DNA of 64,000 nt from an uncultured virus (IMG/VR IMGVR_UViG_3300042294_002635) (IMGVR_UViG_3300042294_002635); one strand, 5' to 3'; positions 1 to 10,546 are shown, counted from the stretch's first letter. The notes: generated from the sequence alone by a model not told the origin. Translations and numbers: made by a program.

Positions 1-57
1 GTTAAGGCGCGGGCCTGCAAAGTCCGTATTTCGTCGGTTCGACTCCGACCTGGAACT
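1..57 (+). tRNA. tRNA-Cys(GCA), 5' end cut by window edge
   Basis: Anticodon arm CGGGC-CTGCAAA-GTCCG; T arm GTCGG-TTCGACT-CCGAC; 3' acceptor strand CTGGAAC. Confidence 0.85.
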
Positions 58-104
58 TTCCCCTCAAGGGGAGTCCAACGCTATCTCTCTACTCCCAGAA
101 AACA

Positions 105-551
105 ATGCAACAACTAACTTTCTCAACTGGTGCCCAAGTTGAAGCTCAGTTCGGTGCCCCCATCCTTGCCCGTCGAAAAACTTTGGTGCAAAAACGTGAG
201 ACGTCCGGTAGGGAGGTTTTCTCTTTTCCTTGGGGGGACTTGGAAGCGGTACAAGGGGTGGACTACGTACTCACACCACTCGATGGCTCCGATTCGTACC
301 CTTGCAAGATTGACATCTTTGCAGATAGCTGGGAAGAGACTGTGCCGAATTCGGGAGTGTATCGGCGCAAGGCTCTGGCCAAAATTGTCCAAGTGCCGCT
401 AGGCTTCGAGGTCACCCTTGAGACCCTTGAAGGTGACACGAAAGTGTACCACCCTGACTATATTGCGATTGGGGTTACGGACGAGGTTTACAGCAATGGA
501 AAAGAGTGGGTCGATGCCAATCTTGACATCCTCTCTCAAACTTGCATCTGA
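105..551 (+). CDS. hypothetical protein (two repeats of a 'GD.EA..G.DYV / ETLEGD...DYI' PGDYG-like motif)
   Basis: 148-aa ORF with internal duplication of motif. Confidence 0.6.
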   Translation: MQQLTFSTGAQVEAQFGAPILARRKTLVQKRETSGREVFSFPWGDLEAVQGVDYVLTPLDGSDSYPCKIDIFADSWEETVPNSGVYRRKALAKIVQVPLGFEVTLETLEGDTKVYHPDYIAIGVTDEVYSNGKEWVDANLDILSQTCI

Positions 552-614
552 CACGACGCTTAAGGCCTCCAGGGTAGCCCGTCAAAGCTACCCTTAAACT
601 AACCGATTAACAAC

Positions 615-1022
615 ATGGAAACCCCAAACCCGAGATTTCATCCCCGCCACACCGTTCGAGAATGGATGCAAGAATCCGAGTACCAGTCCTCCTATCGCAG
701 GATACACACTGATTACCCGGACCAAATCTTTTCCGGGAGCATAGCAGAAGTGGTTGATTACCTTGTGCGAGTGAAAGAAAAAGGGTTCGACAACATATAT
801 ACTTTTGTCTCGGCTAATCTCGACGAGTACGGTGAAGCACGAAGTAGTGCTGAGACGAGGTACTTTCGTGATCGTCCTGAAACAGACGAGGAATGGACTT
901 CTCGTGTTGAACGGGAGACGCAAGCTAGCGAGACCAGACGAAAAGACCGTGCCGCCCACCGTAGTGCGTTAGCCAAATTGACAGTCGAAGAAAGAGATGC
1001 CATCAAGAAGTTTGGGATTTAG
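615..1022 (+). CDS. hypothetical phage protein with C-terminal 'ALAKLT.EER' motif
   Basis: 135-aa ORF, A/C-rich leader. Confidence 0.6.
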   Translation: METPNPRFHPRHTVREWMQESEYQSSYRRIHTDYPDQIFSGSIAEVVDYLVRVKEKGFDNIYTFVSANLDEYGEARSSAETRYFRDRPETDEEWTSRVERETQASETRRKDRAAHRSALAKLTVEERDAIKKFGI

Positions 1023-1040
1023 GCTGTAATCGATCCAATA

Positions 1041-1106
1041 GGGCGGTTTCCCGGTTGCACCGGGGCGGTTCACCCCTTTTGTTTCTGCAGCGCAAAACGC
1101 TATAGT
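1041..1106 (+). promoter_or_regulatory. repeat element copy: two dyad boxes + -35/-10 promoter
   Basis: GGGCGGTTTCCCGG..GGGCGGTTCACCCC, TTGTTT, TATAGT at 1101. Confidence 0.8.
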
Positions 1107-1388
1107 AAATGATTTGAAAGGAACCTCCATGTCAAAAGACAAGCGAAACACTCTGGCCAGCACCCTTACCAACGGTACTCTTCCGATTCCAGACGCCAAG
1201 CTGCACCGACTACTTCTGACAGACGCAGAAGTTCGACGGCTTTGCGAAGCCTTGGACTTCTGTATTGGCAACACAGATTGCAGGCCCAACAGCGGTAATC
1301 ACAACATTTTGTTACAGCAGCTGAAGCGTAGCAAAGCTACTTAGCCCCTCACCCCAACCTACCCTAATCCTTTAGCCTGGCAACCCTC

Positions 1389-1658
1389 ATGAACCTCTAC
1401 AGAATCAGCCAAAACTCTAATTACGGTTACGACACTTACGACAGCGCCGTAGTGTGTGCTGAAAATGAAGAAGTAGCAAGAAGTATGAACCCCAGAAGTC
1501 TCAAGGATAAAGATCTGCCAAACTTAATAGATTGGCTTGATAACCCCTATGCGTGGATGTGGTGTGAGAATCCCGACATGGTTAAGGTAGAATTGATTGG
1601 CAGCGCTGCTCCTGGATTGCCGCAAGGCGTTATCTGCGCAAGTTTCAACGCAGGCTGA
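1389..1658 (+). CDS. conserved-looking phage hypothetical protein
   Basis: 'YDTYDSAVVCAENEEVAR...VICASFNAG' 89-aa ORF. Confidence 0.6.
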   Translation: MNLYRISQNSNYGYDTYDSAVVCAENEEVARSMNPRSLKDKDLPNLIDWLDNPYAWMWCENPDMVKVELIGSAAPGLPQGVICASFNAG

Positions 1659-2613
1659 TTTGATTGACTCTTTCACCGTGGCTCACTTGAAAACCCACCG
1701 CACTAAGTAGAATGTCACGCTACCCAAGCCCCACACCCCAACTCACTGCATTGGCGCATGGTACCGATTTCTGAGAAAACAAGGACTAGACTACTAAAAG
1801 AAAGTCAGTCTTGGTTAGACTATCATGGGACAGCTGCAGTTGAAAAGGTGGTAGCCAACTATCCGCGTGTTTGCCCTGATTTCATAAGGAAACACGCTCT
1901 GGTAATGAGAGCAATACACGACTTACCCGCCGAAATTGACAGGTTTAATAGGTTCAACTGGTGCCTTAAAACCCCTAACTGCGTGACCCCTGTTTAAATT
2001 CGAACTGCCCACGGCCCACTCAGAAGGCTCCGGCACTGGAGCTAAAGAGCTAGCCGACGAGTACCAGGCTGCGTACCGGGCGATTAACTGGGCCTGCGAG
2101 GCTCTGGCAGTCACCACCTGTGACGCTAGGGACTTTCACTCAGAGTGTGCCTGGAAGCAAGCCCAGCTTGACCGAGATGATATGTTCAGCAAGTTGACTG
2201 AGTTGCAGCATTACACCGCGTCTTGGATGTGCCGGGTTTGCTCAACCCCGACTTGCGGACCCCTCACCAGCGTCAGTATCGCTGAGTAGCCTAAACAACA
2301 CACTCGTTTCATTCTAACTCAACCCATGCCTAAGTTCGAAGTCATTCTCCCCTGTACAATGAGCGTCCACATGATTGTGGACGCCGTAGACAGAGAGGAC
2401 GCCGTAGACAAAGCGTTAAAGACACCATTTTCTGTAAAAATCACCCATGGATCGGAAAAGGTGGAAATATGGGAGTTTGAAACACACAAAATAGTTGTAC
2501 AGGGTAATGTTTTCTCCGGTGTGCAAAATGAACCGGAAGTGACTTTGGCCGAGTACGACTGAGGTGCCCTATTGCCAGGTTATACTCAAGACAACGGTTT
2601 ACCGAGCCTAAAC

Positions 2614-2657
2614 CGACGGTTTCCCCCCTTGTTTCTGCGGGGCAGAAACGGTATAGT
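2614..2657 (+). promoter_or_regulatory. repeat element copy (promoter)
   Basis: TTGTTT 2629-2634, 17-bp spacer, TATAGT 2652-2657; GTTTCTGC/GCAGAAAC inverted repeat. Confidence 0.85.
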
Positions 2658-2933
2658 TACTTCGTTGAGACCCTCTAAATCCCATGACACTTGTTTCCAA
2701 CATCCCAACTGCCACGCCGAGCCCTGACACTGAAGCTGTTCTGGCAGGTATGCGCAACATCAACTGGGGCTCACCTGCAACTATGGCTGTCGCTCAAGCT
2801 TTCCGTGCCCTGGTATACTTGGACCCCGCCAAGCCCCTCACACCGGAACGACTTCTCTCCATTGCTGAAGAACTCTACCCCCTTAGAAGCAAGCATACTA
2901 CCCCCGCAGCCGACCCCCCGGAGTGACCACCCA

Positions 2934-3170
2934 TGACCACCACCACTCTTCCTCCCATCGCTCGCGAGATCGAAGCCCAAATCCTTAAGGGCTGCGGCGC
3001 AACGGTTGAGTGATTCTTTCTTAGCGGCGACGCCTACACTCTCCTCGGATCCCCAGATGCCGCCCACGCAGCTGACCCTTTGTGTGTCAAACGGGGTGGC
3101 CAGATTGACCGAGGAAATTCACTACGATGACGAAGCGGAAGAGGCCTACGGGTACTTAGTTGCAGCTTGA
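2934..3170 (+). pseudogene. probable decayed small gene
   Basis: ATG at 2934 reads MTTTTLPPIAREIEAQILKGCGATVE then TGA; a plausible acidic C-terminus EEIHYDDEAEEAYGYLVAA* follows in another frame. Confidence 0.4.
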
Positions 3171-3202
3171 CCGAAAACTCTTAACCCACACCCAAGCAAA
3201 TC

Positions 3203-3907
3203 ATGTTTGACCCGAGCAGTCTCACTCCTCCAGCGAACTATGTCGACTACATCGAAAATAACAAACACCATAATCTGTTTCAGTCCGCAACCTTCTGGGC
3301 CCAGTGGGGTGCCGCTCAGGCCGTCGAAGCGCTGAAACTTCAGATGCCAACGGACGGCATTCGGGACAGGCCTCCGACTGAGGCAGATGGGGACCTTTAT
3401 AAGGGGCAGGTGCAGATTCTTGAGTACGGGTACTGGAGAAACACCCACTGGACGTCCGTTGCTTCAAACCACTGCGGAGCACTCAAGACTGACGGAGACA
3501 GGCCCGATTTATTGCCATGGCTTCACACACCCAGCTGGCGTCCGAAGCCAGAGCTCACGCCTAACGAGCGTGCGCTGGCCCTGTTAGACAGTAAAGATTT
3601 TGACACGGACTTCACCGCCGAGCAGATCGCTCTGCTCCGCCAGGTTGTGAAATCTGCTGACCCTAAGCCCGTTAAAACAACTCCCACCACTCCCTTGACC
3701 ATTGGTGGCCACGTAGTTAAGCCTGGAGATCGCCTGACTCTTCGCAACAACGAAGTTGTCACAGCCCACGAAATAAGCTGGGGCGACGATTTGTGGCAAG
3801 TTTCATGTCAAGACCCGAATCTAGTTAAGAGATACAGGTACCTCTCCGTTTATGCCAATGGCATTAACCCCTTTAACAGAGAGTTAGATATTCTTGCAGT
3901 CAAGTAG
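3203..3907 (+). CDS. hypothetical protein
   Basis: 234-aa ORF. Confidence 0.6.
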   Translation: MFDPSSLTPPANYVDYIENNKHHNLFQSATFWAQWGAAQAVEALKLQMPTDGIRDRPPTEADGDLYKGQVQILEYGYWRNTHWTSVASNHCGALKTDGDRPDLLPWLHTPSWRPKPELTPNERALALLDSKDFDTDFTAEQIALLRQVVKSADPKPVKTTPTTPLTIGGHVVKPGDRLTLRNNEVVTAHEISWGDDLWQVSCQDPNLVKRYRYLSVYANGINPFNRELDILAVK

Positions 3908-3917
3908 GTGACTATCA

Positions 3918-4208
3918 TTGGCTGAACCCACCACTGACACATTTAATGCCGATTGGGCCTCCCCACCCGGTGAATTGATCGAGGTGGTCCTTGAGGAATT
4001 TGGCTGGACCCGCGCCGAGCTGGCCCAGCGACTGGATTTCAGCGCCAACGGCGTTGATGACCTTTTAAATGGGCGCACAGCAATCACGGAGGCTACGGCT
4101 GAGGCTCTTGCAAACGTCCTAGGGCACACGGCGGGCTTTTGGCTGCAGCTTGAGTTAAACTATCAGAATGACCTGGTGCGCATTTCGCCGTCGAAAATCT
4201 TGCCTTAG
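3918..4208 (+). CDS. higA: HigA-family antitoxin / XRE HTH protein
   Basis: 'PPGELI...WTRAELAQRL...LLNGRTAITEATAEALANVLG..AGFWLQLELNY' matches the HigA/VapI pattern. Confidence 0.8.
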   Translation: MAEPTTDTFNADWASPPGELIEVVLEEFGWTRAELAQRLDFSANGVDDLLNGRTAITEATAEALANVLGHTAGFWLQLELNYQNDLVRISPSKILP

Positions 4209-4274
4209 GGCGGTTTCCCCGTTTGCTTCGGGGCGGTTTCCCCCGTTTGTTTTCCGAAAGGGAAACGCTATAGT
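4208..4274 (+). promoter_or_regulatory. repeat element copy: two boxes + promoter, begins in the higA stop codon
   Basis: TAG-GGCGGTTTCCCC...GGGCGGTTTCCCCC, TTGTTT...TATAGT at 4269. Confidence 0.8.
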
Positions 4275-4566
4275 TGCTCCAAGGAAAGCACCACCCAACA
4301 CATAAAACCACTGAAGCCTCGTATGAAAACAACACTGAAACAACTCGTTGACCAGGGGTTTGTCTTCGATAAAGCTCCACGTAGTGACGAAAACCGTGTT
4401 TTCCGGAACACACGGGACGGGAATCTTTATCAGGTGTTCCTTGTAACACCGCATTTGCACACTGGGGGCTACCTGGCAGCCCAGCGTATGTTTTTTGCGA
4501 ACGGAGAGCCCAAAGCGATCCCGGAGTCTCGTCTCAAGGATTACGTTGTTGTGAGGAGTAGATAGA

Positions 4567-4896
4567 ATGACGGGAGAAACACTGAAGGAAGGAGACTACG
4601 TCCTAGCCACCAAGTACGATGACGGCGACCCCCGTGATCAGTTCTGTGTGGGCTTTTACCGCAACCCCCTCACTCAGTACACCAAAGTTAGACACGACAT
4701 TGTGGACTCGGATGGTAATCTTTTTCGAGGAAACGGCTTTCGGCGTGCAGAAGTGATAACGCATGAAGAAGGGAATGCCCTTATCGCGTTGTTCCCTGAG
4801 ATAAGTGATAAGCCTGGAAAGTCCCTGTGGTGGCACCTCGATACAATCCGAGGCGTGCCCAACCCCTATAATCCTTGTGAAAACCTGAACGAGTAG
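4567..4896 (+). CDS. hypothetical phage protein
   Basis: 109-aa ORF 'GDYVLATKYDDGDP.D...VGF'. Confidence 0.6.
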   Translation: MTGETLKEGDYVLATKYDDGDPRDQFCVGFYRNPLTQYTKVRHDIVDSDGNLFRGNGFRRAEVITHEEGNALIALFPEISDKPGKSLWWHLDTIRGVPNPYNPCENLNE

Positions 4897-4898
4897 CC

Positions 4899-5303
4899 AT
4901 GACAGACACACAACCGAAGACAACCCCGGCAACATTTTGCATCTGGCTTCAAGGCTTCTTGGATGGAGCTGGCAGCGAACTTACATCCAACCAGCTTTCT
5001 GTCCTAAAAGAAAAGCTCCACGCAGTTTTTACACATTTTGACCCAGATACAGACCCCCTCACCAGCGACTCAGTATCGGAGGAACTTCGCAGAGTCTACG
5101 ACGAGTACTTGAGAGACCGGTGGAAGAAAGCCCCCCTTTTGCCCTTCGTACCCTCTCCGTGGTCTCCGCAAGCCCCGGTTCAATTCCCCAGTCCGTATAA
5201 CCCTTACAGGCACCCTGGTATCGAACCCTGGAACCCCCACAAGGTTTATACGGGGCCAGCTGTAACACAAACTTGGAGCCTGCCTCTCTTAAAGTGTTGC
5301 TGA
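4899..5303 (+). CDS. hypothetical protein, 'F..WL.GF' paralog family
   Basis: N-terminus FCIWLQGFLD, shared with 6547 and 6799 ORFs. Confidence 0.6.
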   Translation: MTDTQPKTTPATFCIWLQGFLDGAGSELTSNQLSVLKEKLHAVFTHFDPDTDPLTSDSVSEELRRVYDEYLRDRWKKAPLLPFVPSPWSPQAPVQFPSPYNPYRHPGIEPWNPHKVYTGPAVTQTWSLPLLKCC

Positions 5304-5346
5304 CGCACAGCTTCACCGAAACTTCACATCTCGCTAATACAATAAA

Positions 5347-6513
5347 ATGGGCAGCTGGAACAAAACTTGTGGTCTATCCAACCTTCACATTCATGCTGGG
5401 CAACCCGTCTATGTGTTTATCCTTGAGGAAAATGTAAATAAGGGTGACTTTTGCTATTCTAGCTGCCTTTACCTGCCCTGTCTTGTGCCGTTCACCAGCG
5501 TGTACGACGATTACGGTGGCGGAGAGAAATCATCTGGCATTGGCCTTCCCTACCTCCTCGATGGCTTACGAAAGAACCTCGTTGAGCTTGAAGTTGGTGC
5601 GAATAGCTACCACGATGTTGCCGTGAAACGCGACGAATTCGACATTGATAAGTTCTTCGAGTCCTGTCACGAAGACCGCCTTCAAGTTTCGAGCCGCAGA
5701 GGCAATAGGCCAGTGAAATTTACAATGATGCGCAAAGACGTTGTAGACGAGGTTCTGAATAGGTTCTCGTTATACAACTACCAAGATTCAAAGTCTTACA
5801 CTTATCGTGAATGTATTGGGGCTTTGGACCAAGTGGCTGAGAAAATTGACGGGGCTTTCAACGACAGGAATAACGGATATGGGCCAACCTGGGTAGTATC
5901 CACTCAATTTCCCGAGTTGCTCAAAGTTAGGTATGTACTAAGCTGTACAGGATCATTTACAGAGGAGTTACTGAATGGGCTGTTTAGTGGTAACAGGACG
6001 GCTTCATCGTTAAATGTTGATAATATTGTCTTTAGTATTGCAACATCAGGGGGCCTTAGCCAGGAAGAAAGACTGTGCAACCTGAAAGAGTTCCTCTCAG
6101 ACTGTCTAAAGGGTATTATCCTTGATACTTTCATGGACAAGACTCGAAAGCTGTGGACTCCGGGAGGACACGAAGGTAGTCAGAACATTGACTTGGATGG
6201 ACACAAGATTCTTCTCTCAATTGTCCAAGACGTTGTTCGCACCGAAGAAGACAAAACAGAAAAGGAGGAGTGGCTACCCTACAACCACAAACCCCTGCTC
6301 AACCTTGCCACTCCATGTAATCATTTTGAGGTGAGAATGAGCGACGAACTCGCACAAGAGTTTCATGAAATTCAGGAAATGTCCGGCCTGAGCGGGGCCG
6401 AGGTTTTCCGCCGCGCCATTGGCCTCTACAAAATTGCAAAGGAAGCTGTCAAAGATGGCGAACAAGTCATTCTCAGGTCCGAAGAGAGGGAGAGGTCGCT
6501 CACCTCCCTCTAA
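5347..6513 (+). CDS. hypothetical protein with C-terminal ribbon-helix-helix-like segment
   Basis: 388-aa ORF; C-terminal 'FEVRMSDELAQEFHEIQEMSGLSGAEVFRRAIGLY'. Confidence 0.6.
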   Translation: MGSWNKTCGLSNLHIHAGQPVYVFILEENVNKGDFCYSSCLYLPCLVPFTSVYDDYGGGEKSSGIGLPYLLDGLRKNLVELEVGANSYHDVAVKRDEFDIDKFFESCHEDRLQVSSRRGNRPVKFTMMRKDVVDEVLNRFSLYNYQDSKSYTYRECIGALDQVAEKIDGAFNDRNNGYGPTWVVSTQFPELLKVRYVLSCTGSFTEELLNGLFSGNRTASSLNVDNIVFSIATSGGLSQEERLCNLKEFLSDCLKGIILDTFMDKTRKLWTPGGHEGSQNIDLDGHKILLSIVQDVVRTEEDKTEKEEWLPYNHKPLLNLATPCNHFEVRMSDELAQEFHEIQEMSGLSGAEVFRRAIGLYKIAKEAVKDGEQVILRSEERERSLTSL

Positions 6514-6546
6514 CCTCCCTGCTTTATCCACACCCTTTATCTACAA

Positions 6547-6759
6547 ATGAACAAAGACGAATTTTCAACTTGGCTCAAGGGGTTCATCCTTGGTGTCACA
6601 GGTGTAGAACTGAATGAAAACCAAGTAAGTCTCATCAAAGGTAACCTGAACAAGGTGAAGTCTGATACGGCCAATACCCCCGTTACAGAGACACTCACAG
6701 GTACGACCCCGTGGCGTCCTGGCGGCACCGGCCCGAACGGTGAAATTTACCGCTGCTGA
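6547..6759 (+). CDS. hypothetical protein, 'F..WL.GF' paralog family
   Basis: FSTWLKGFI motif. Confidence 0.55.
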   Translation: MNKDEFSTWLKGFILGVTGVELNENQVSLIKGNLNKVKSDTANTPVTETLTGTTPWRPGGTGPNGEIYRC

Positions 6760-6798
6760 TTTGATCCCTTACACAACTCACCCTAACACCTAATCAAA

Positions 6799-7173
6799 GT
6801 GAAATCACGCGACTTTTGCTACTGGCTTCAAGGATTCTTCGAGCTTGCCGAACCGGTCACACTCACACCGACGCAAGTTCAAACGATCAAAAACCACTTG
6901 AGCATGGTTTTCTACCACGAGATTGACCCTTCCTTTGGTGGCCCGAAAGAACAGGCGGTCCTGAATGAGCTGCACTCCGGTCGCCACCGTTGCACTACCC
7001 CGCCTCAATTAGGGGGTAGGGAAGACGGGCAAGGTAACTCAAGCTCAGGCGGGACCCTCCTTCTCAAGTCAGGGAGTGAGTACCGCTGGGGTGTTGACAA
7101 CGGCCTTTCAGCTGTCGGAGAACTGCTGCCCAACAGAAGGCCGCCATCACCTGAGAATCAAGCTGAGTGCTGA
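6799..7173 (+). CDS. hypothetical protein, 'F..WL.GF' paralog family
   Basis: FCYWLQGFFE..LT..Q...IKNHL..VF. Confidence 0.6.
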   Translation: MKSRDFCYWLQGFFELAEPVTLTPTQVQTIKNHLSMVFYHEIDPSFGGPKEQAVLNELHSGRHRCTTPPQLGGREDGQGNSSSGGTLLLKSGSEYRWGVDNGLSAVGELLPNRRPPSPENQAEC

Positions 7174-7350
7174 TGAAAAAATAATGCGGCACGAACGCAG
7201 AGTCGGTTGGGTAAGTGGTCTCATTGGCGTTGCATTCGTGATCGGAATTGTTCACTCTATTTGGCTACTTAAACAGCTAGGCCCGTTTACGACTCCTAGC
7301 TGAAGGTATAATAAACCTTGGTTTAAAACTCCGCCACACGGCGGAACCAC

Positions 7351-7422
7351 GGCTGTATAGTTCAGCGGTAGAACAGCTCTTTCATACGGAGTGGGTCGCA
7401 GGTTCAAATCCTGCTACAGCTT
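7351..7422 (+). tRNA. tRNA-Met(CAT), elongator-like (Ile2 not excluded)
   Basis: Acceptor GGCTGTA/TACAGCT; anticodon arm GCTCT-TTCATAC-GGAGT; T arm GCAGG-TTCAAAT-CCTGC. Confidence 0.85.
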
Positions 7423-7461
7423 TTAAGGATGATTTCTAGGTAAGAGGGTAAATTTGTAAGA

Positions 7462-8268
7462 GTGCCCCCTTCCATGCAAAGTTCTTTTTCTTACGAAAGT
7501 TTTCGAAAACTCTCGCAACTTTTACCTGAGGGGTACACGCTCGACTTCGCACGTTGTGTGAGGAAAGACGGCACTGCGTACGGAACATCGGGAAAGTGCC
7601 GTAAAGGCGTAGAGCAGGTGAAGGAAGTCCTGCGCAGGGCGGTGAAGAGGTCCGACGAGGAGAAACAGGAACAAGAGTACGAAGATCGCTGGTGGGCCAA
7701 ACAGATTAACGAAAAGCTAGTTGATGAGCCCGAAAGACGAGATATTGCTATCAAGAGGTTTAACCTAAATCGTGACAAGGCCAACAACATACGAAACTTA
7801 GACGATGGGTCCACAGTTGTCGTGTCGAACCAGACTTTTGTCTCCTTAAAGAGAAGACTGAACGACTTTGACGAAGTTTCCCTAAAATTCAAGGGGAACA
7901 CGAAGGAAGTTGATTTTCTTGTAAATGGGGAGTACGACTACGGGAGTATAGAAGACCCTCGCGACAAAGTCAAAGCGGCACTCACCGTAAGACGTATGTT
8001 TGGGCTCCTCACGCAGTCTCTTAGCCCCGGTGATGTCATTCATTGTTACGCCTACGACGAGGACGGCAGAGGAGACAAACGCAAGAAAGCCTACGAGCGA
8101 ATAGGATTTGTGGACAAAGGAGACGGACAATTGGTTGGCCAGGTTCGCAAAGGTGGTGGCGTTGAGCCGCCGCACTCCTTCTCCGAGAACCTTGGAAGTT
8201 TGAAAGACTGGTACGTTGTTCTATTCGGGGAACTTCCCTCGGGGAGAACCTCCAAAGGATTACCTTAG
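7462..8268 (+). CDS. hypothetical protein with DF.RCV..DG..YGT.G.CRKG leader; possible GNAT-like C-terminus
   Basis: Leader shared with 31454 ORF; 'RKKAYERIGF' resembles GNAT motif B. Confidence 0.55.
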   Translation: MPPSMQSSFSYESFRKLSQLLPEGYTLDFARCVRKDGTAYGTSGKCRKGVEQVKEVLRRAVKRSDEEKQEQEYEDRWWAKQINEKLVDEPERRDIAIKRFNLNRDKANNIRNLDDGSTVVVSNQTFVSLKRRLNDFDEVSLKFKGNTKEVDFLVNGEYDYGSIEDPRDKVKAALTVRRMFGLLTQSLSPGDVIHCYAYDEDGRGDKRKKAYERIGFVDKGDGQLVGQVRKGGGVEPPHSFSENLGSLKDWYVVLFGELPSGRTSKGLP

Positions 8269-8732
8269 CTGAGAGTAGGCTTGCACTCATATAAAACCCA
8301 CAAACACCCCAACACTCAAAGTAAGCATGGCAAAACCTGAGTCAAAACAGGAGTCAATCCTGCTGAGGCAGCTAGGAAAGCGTAGGTGGAAGAGCCACCT
8401 CCGGTCCCTATCCCTACATAAAAAGACAGATATCTCGCACTCGACGACGTCTAGCGAGGGCTTTACGGACCCTTGAGTAGGCTATACTGCGCCGTACACC
8501 TGCCCCAGGTCACTATGGACTTTGACAACCCTCATACTCCCGAAGCCCAACTTCCTCCCGCACCGTATAGCATCATTAGTTATGAGCTTGTCCCCGGTGA
8601 CTCACGTTTAGACAGCGACCCGTACATTCTTGCAGTGGATCAGGGCGGTTCTCTTTGGCTCTGCTTTCACCTACGAGGCACCCAGGGCCGCCATGGCTTG
8701 ACCCCATCCCCCAACTGGCAACGACTAAACTA

Positions 8733-8799
8733 GGGCGGTTTACCCCCTTTCTCGAGGGCGGTTTACCCCCTTGTTTCTGCGGGGCAAAGGAGGTATAGT
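8733..8799 (+). promoter_or_regulatory. repeat element copy: two boxes + promoter driving a probably leaderless gene
   Basis: Boxes 23 bp apart, TTGTTT 8771, TATAGT 8794, ATG at 8806. Confidence 0.85.
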
Positions 8800-8805
8800 T
8801 AGTTC

Positions 8806-9102
8806 ATGGAAAACAACCTCAGCCTCAGCCCCACCCAGCTCACCGCCATCGAAGAAACTCTTTCGAGTATGACTCGTGGCTTCGAAAAACGCACCTTGGT
8901 GGACTCTTTGCTCCTGACACTGTTCCCCGAGCAAGACCCTAAGTTCCTGAGGAGCTGGGGCTCACTCAGATACACTCATCTGAAAGTGACAGCGTTTCCT
9001 GAACGCCAGCTCTGGATCCTAAAGAATATGGTTGAGGGGGTTATTTCAGGGGCTGCCCAGGACTGGTACAAGGGCTACCTTGAAGAGTACCCCGGTGCAT
9101 AA
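8806..9102 (+). CDS. hypothetical protein
   Basis: ORF directly downstream of repeat promoter. Confidence 0.6.
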   Translation: MENNLSLSPTQLTAIEETLSSMTRGFEKRTLVDSLLLTLFPEQDPKFLRSWGSLRYTHLKVTAFPERQLWILKNMVEGVISGAAQDWYKGYLEEYPGA

Positions 9103-9156
9103 CGCACTTGGCTAAAACCAAGCAGGTGTGGCCCCGTGTAGCCCACTCCTGAGCAA

Positions 9157-9229
9157 GCCGGCATAGTTCAGCGGACAGAACGCGAGCCTTCTAAGCTTGA
9201 TGTCGGGGGTTCAAATCCCTCTGCCGGTG
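9157..9229 (+). tRNA. tRNA-Arg(TCT)
   Basis: Acceptor GCCGGCA/TGCCGGT; anticodon arm CGAGC-CTTCTAA-GCTTG; T loop TTCAAAT. Confidence 0.9.
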
Positions 9230-9249
9230 TTAACCAACCTTACAAAACA

Positions 9250-9594
9250 ATGCAAGACCGCGAAACCCACCTGCGTGGAGTTGCCGCATGGAAATTCGCC
9301 TACGCTCAGCTCAGCGAGCGTCAGCGCACTCGTAAAATGGAAATCAAGGACTCTCAGAGAAGCATCGAAGATCTTCCTGTGTTCTCCGACGTCTGGCCGC
9401 AAGAACGCCAAGACGAGTGGAACCTTAAGTACGGACGTTCCTACGGCTCCTACACCAGCTACCATTCTAAGCTTCAGCTCGCCGTTAACGACGTTGCCCT
9501 TCAAGCACAGGCGATGCTTCGAATCCGCTCTGAAATGAGGGCTCAAGCGGGTCGGGACACTTCCTTAGTTCCTACCGTTGCAGTTGCTTCCTGA
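9250..9594 (+). CDS. hypothetical protein
   Basis: 114-aa ORF after tRNA. Confidence 0.55.
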   Translation: MQDRETHLRGVAAWKFAYAQLSERQRTRKMEIKDSQRSIEDLPVFSDVWPQERQDEWNLKYGRSYGSYTSYHSKLQLAVNDVALQAQAMLRIRSEMRAQAGRDTSLVPTVAVAS

Positions 9595-9703
9595 GTAGCT
9601 TCGGGGGTGAGAGGGCGGTAAACCGTTTCATTTGGGACGGTTTCCCCGCTTGTTTCTGCACCGAAGAAACGGTATGATTAATTCAGTCGAGCCACTCGAA
9701 CAA

Positions 9704-10186
9704 ATGTCCACCAGCCAGCGTCCCACCAAAGAAGAAAAAGCTCTGCTCAAAGCGGAGAAAGCTGCTCAACAGCAAAGGGATCTTGAGGCTAAGCTGGCTA
9801 CGACGACAGCTGAACTGCCTTGGACCATCCTGACCCTTATGACTAAAGCCAGGGAGCTTGGGGTGGAGCCTATTCTTGACAGAATCACCTACAGTGAGTA
9901 CGGGGAGGCCATAGAACCTGACCGATTCTCCCTTACTATCGACACTTCAGATCCGATGGGTGGAGGCGGTGTGAAATTCTCTCGGCGGGGGCCTCAGACA
10001 CAATCGGAGCTGAGTTCCCTTGAGTCCGACCTTTGGGACGCAAAGGAGTTCCTAATCGAGGTTCAACGCTTAAAGGATGAAGAGAAGCGAGTTCGAGAAC
10101 GGAAAGCCGAACTTTTGGCTTCCTTAAGCAAGGACGATCTTGAAATCCTGGGACTTGCACCCAAACCAACTACAAGTCGGTGGTGA
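9704..10186 (+). CDS. hypothetical protein
   Basis: ATG 9704 downstream of repeat promoter; C-terminal 'LLASLSKDDLEILGL'. Confidence 0.6.
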   Translation: MSTSQRPTKEEKALLKAEKAAQQQRDLEAKLATTTAELPWTILTLMTKARELGVEPILDRITYSEYGEAIEPDRFSLTIDTSDPMGGGGVKFSRRGPQTQSELSSLESDLWDAKEFLIEVQRLKDEEKRVRERKAELLASLSKDDLEILGLAPKPTTSRW

Positions 10187-10472
10187 CGCACATGAGAAAA
10201 CAAAACGTGGAATTGCACAACAAAAACGTGGCGTTGCAGAGGCAAGTTACTCTGCTACAAAATCATTGCAAAACCCTTGAGACGCTAAGGCGAATTGAGA
10301 CTCTGAACGCTACAAACTTTGAAAACTTCCTTGTTAAGAACCACTACAGGTTAGTTTTCTTGGATGGGCAAATTCACTTCCCCGTCTATCACCACCCAGG
10401 GGTAAAGGTGTGCGCCGAGGGAAGATTTGCACGTCAAATGGGGTAGTCACCCCCGGCAAATTATGCAGCCAA

Positions 10473-10546
10473 GCCTCCTTAGCTCAGCGGATTAGAGCAC
10501 ACGGTTTCGGCCCGTGGTGTCAGAGGTTCGAATCCTCTAGGGGGCG
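10473..10546 (+). tRNA. tRNA-Arg(TCG)
   Basis: Acceptor GCCTCCT/AGGGGGC; anticodon arm CACGG-TTTCGGC-CCGTG; T arm AGAGG-TTCGAAT-CCTCT. Confidence 0.9.
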
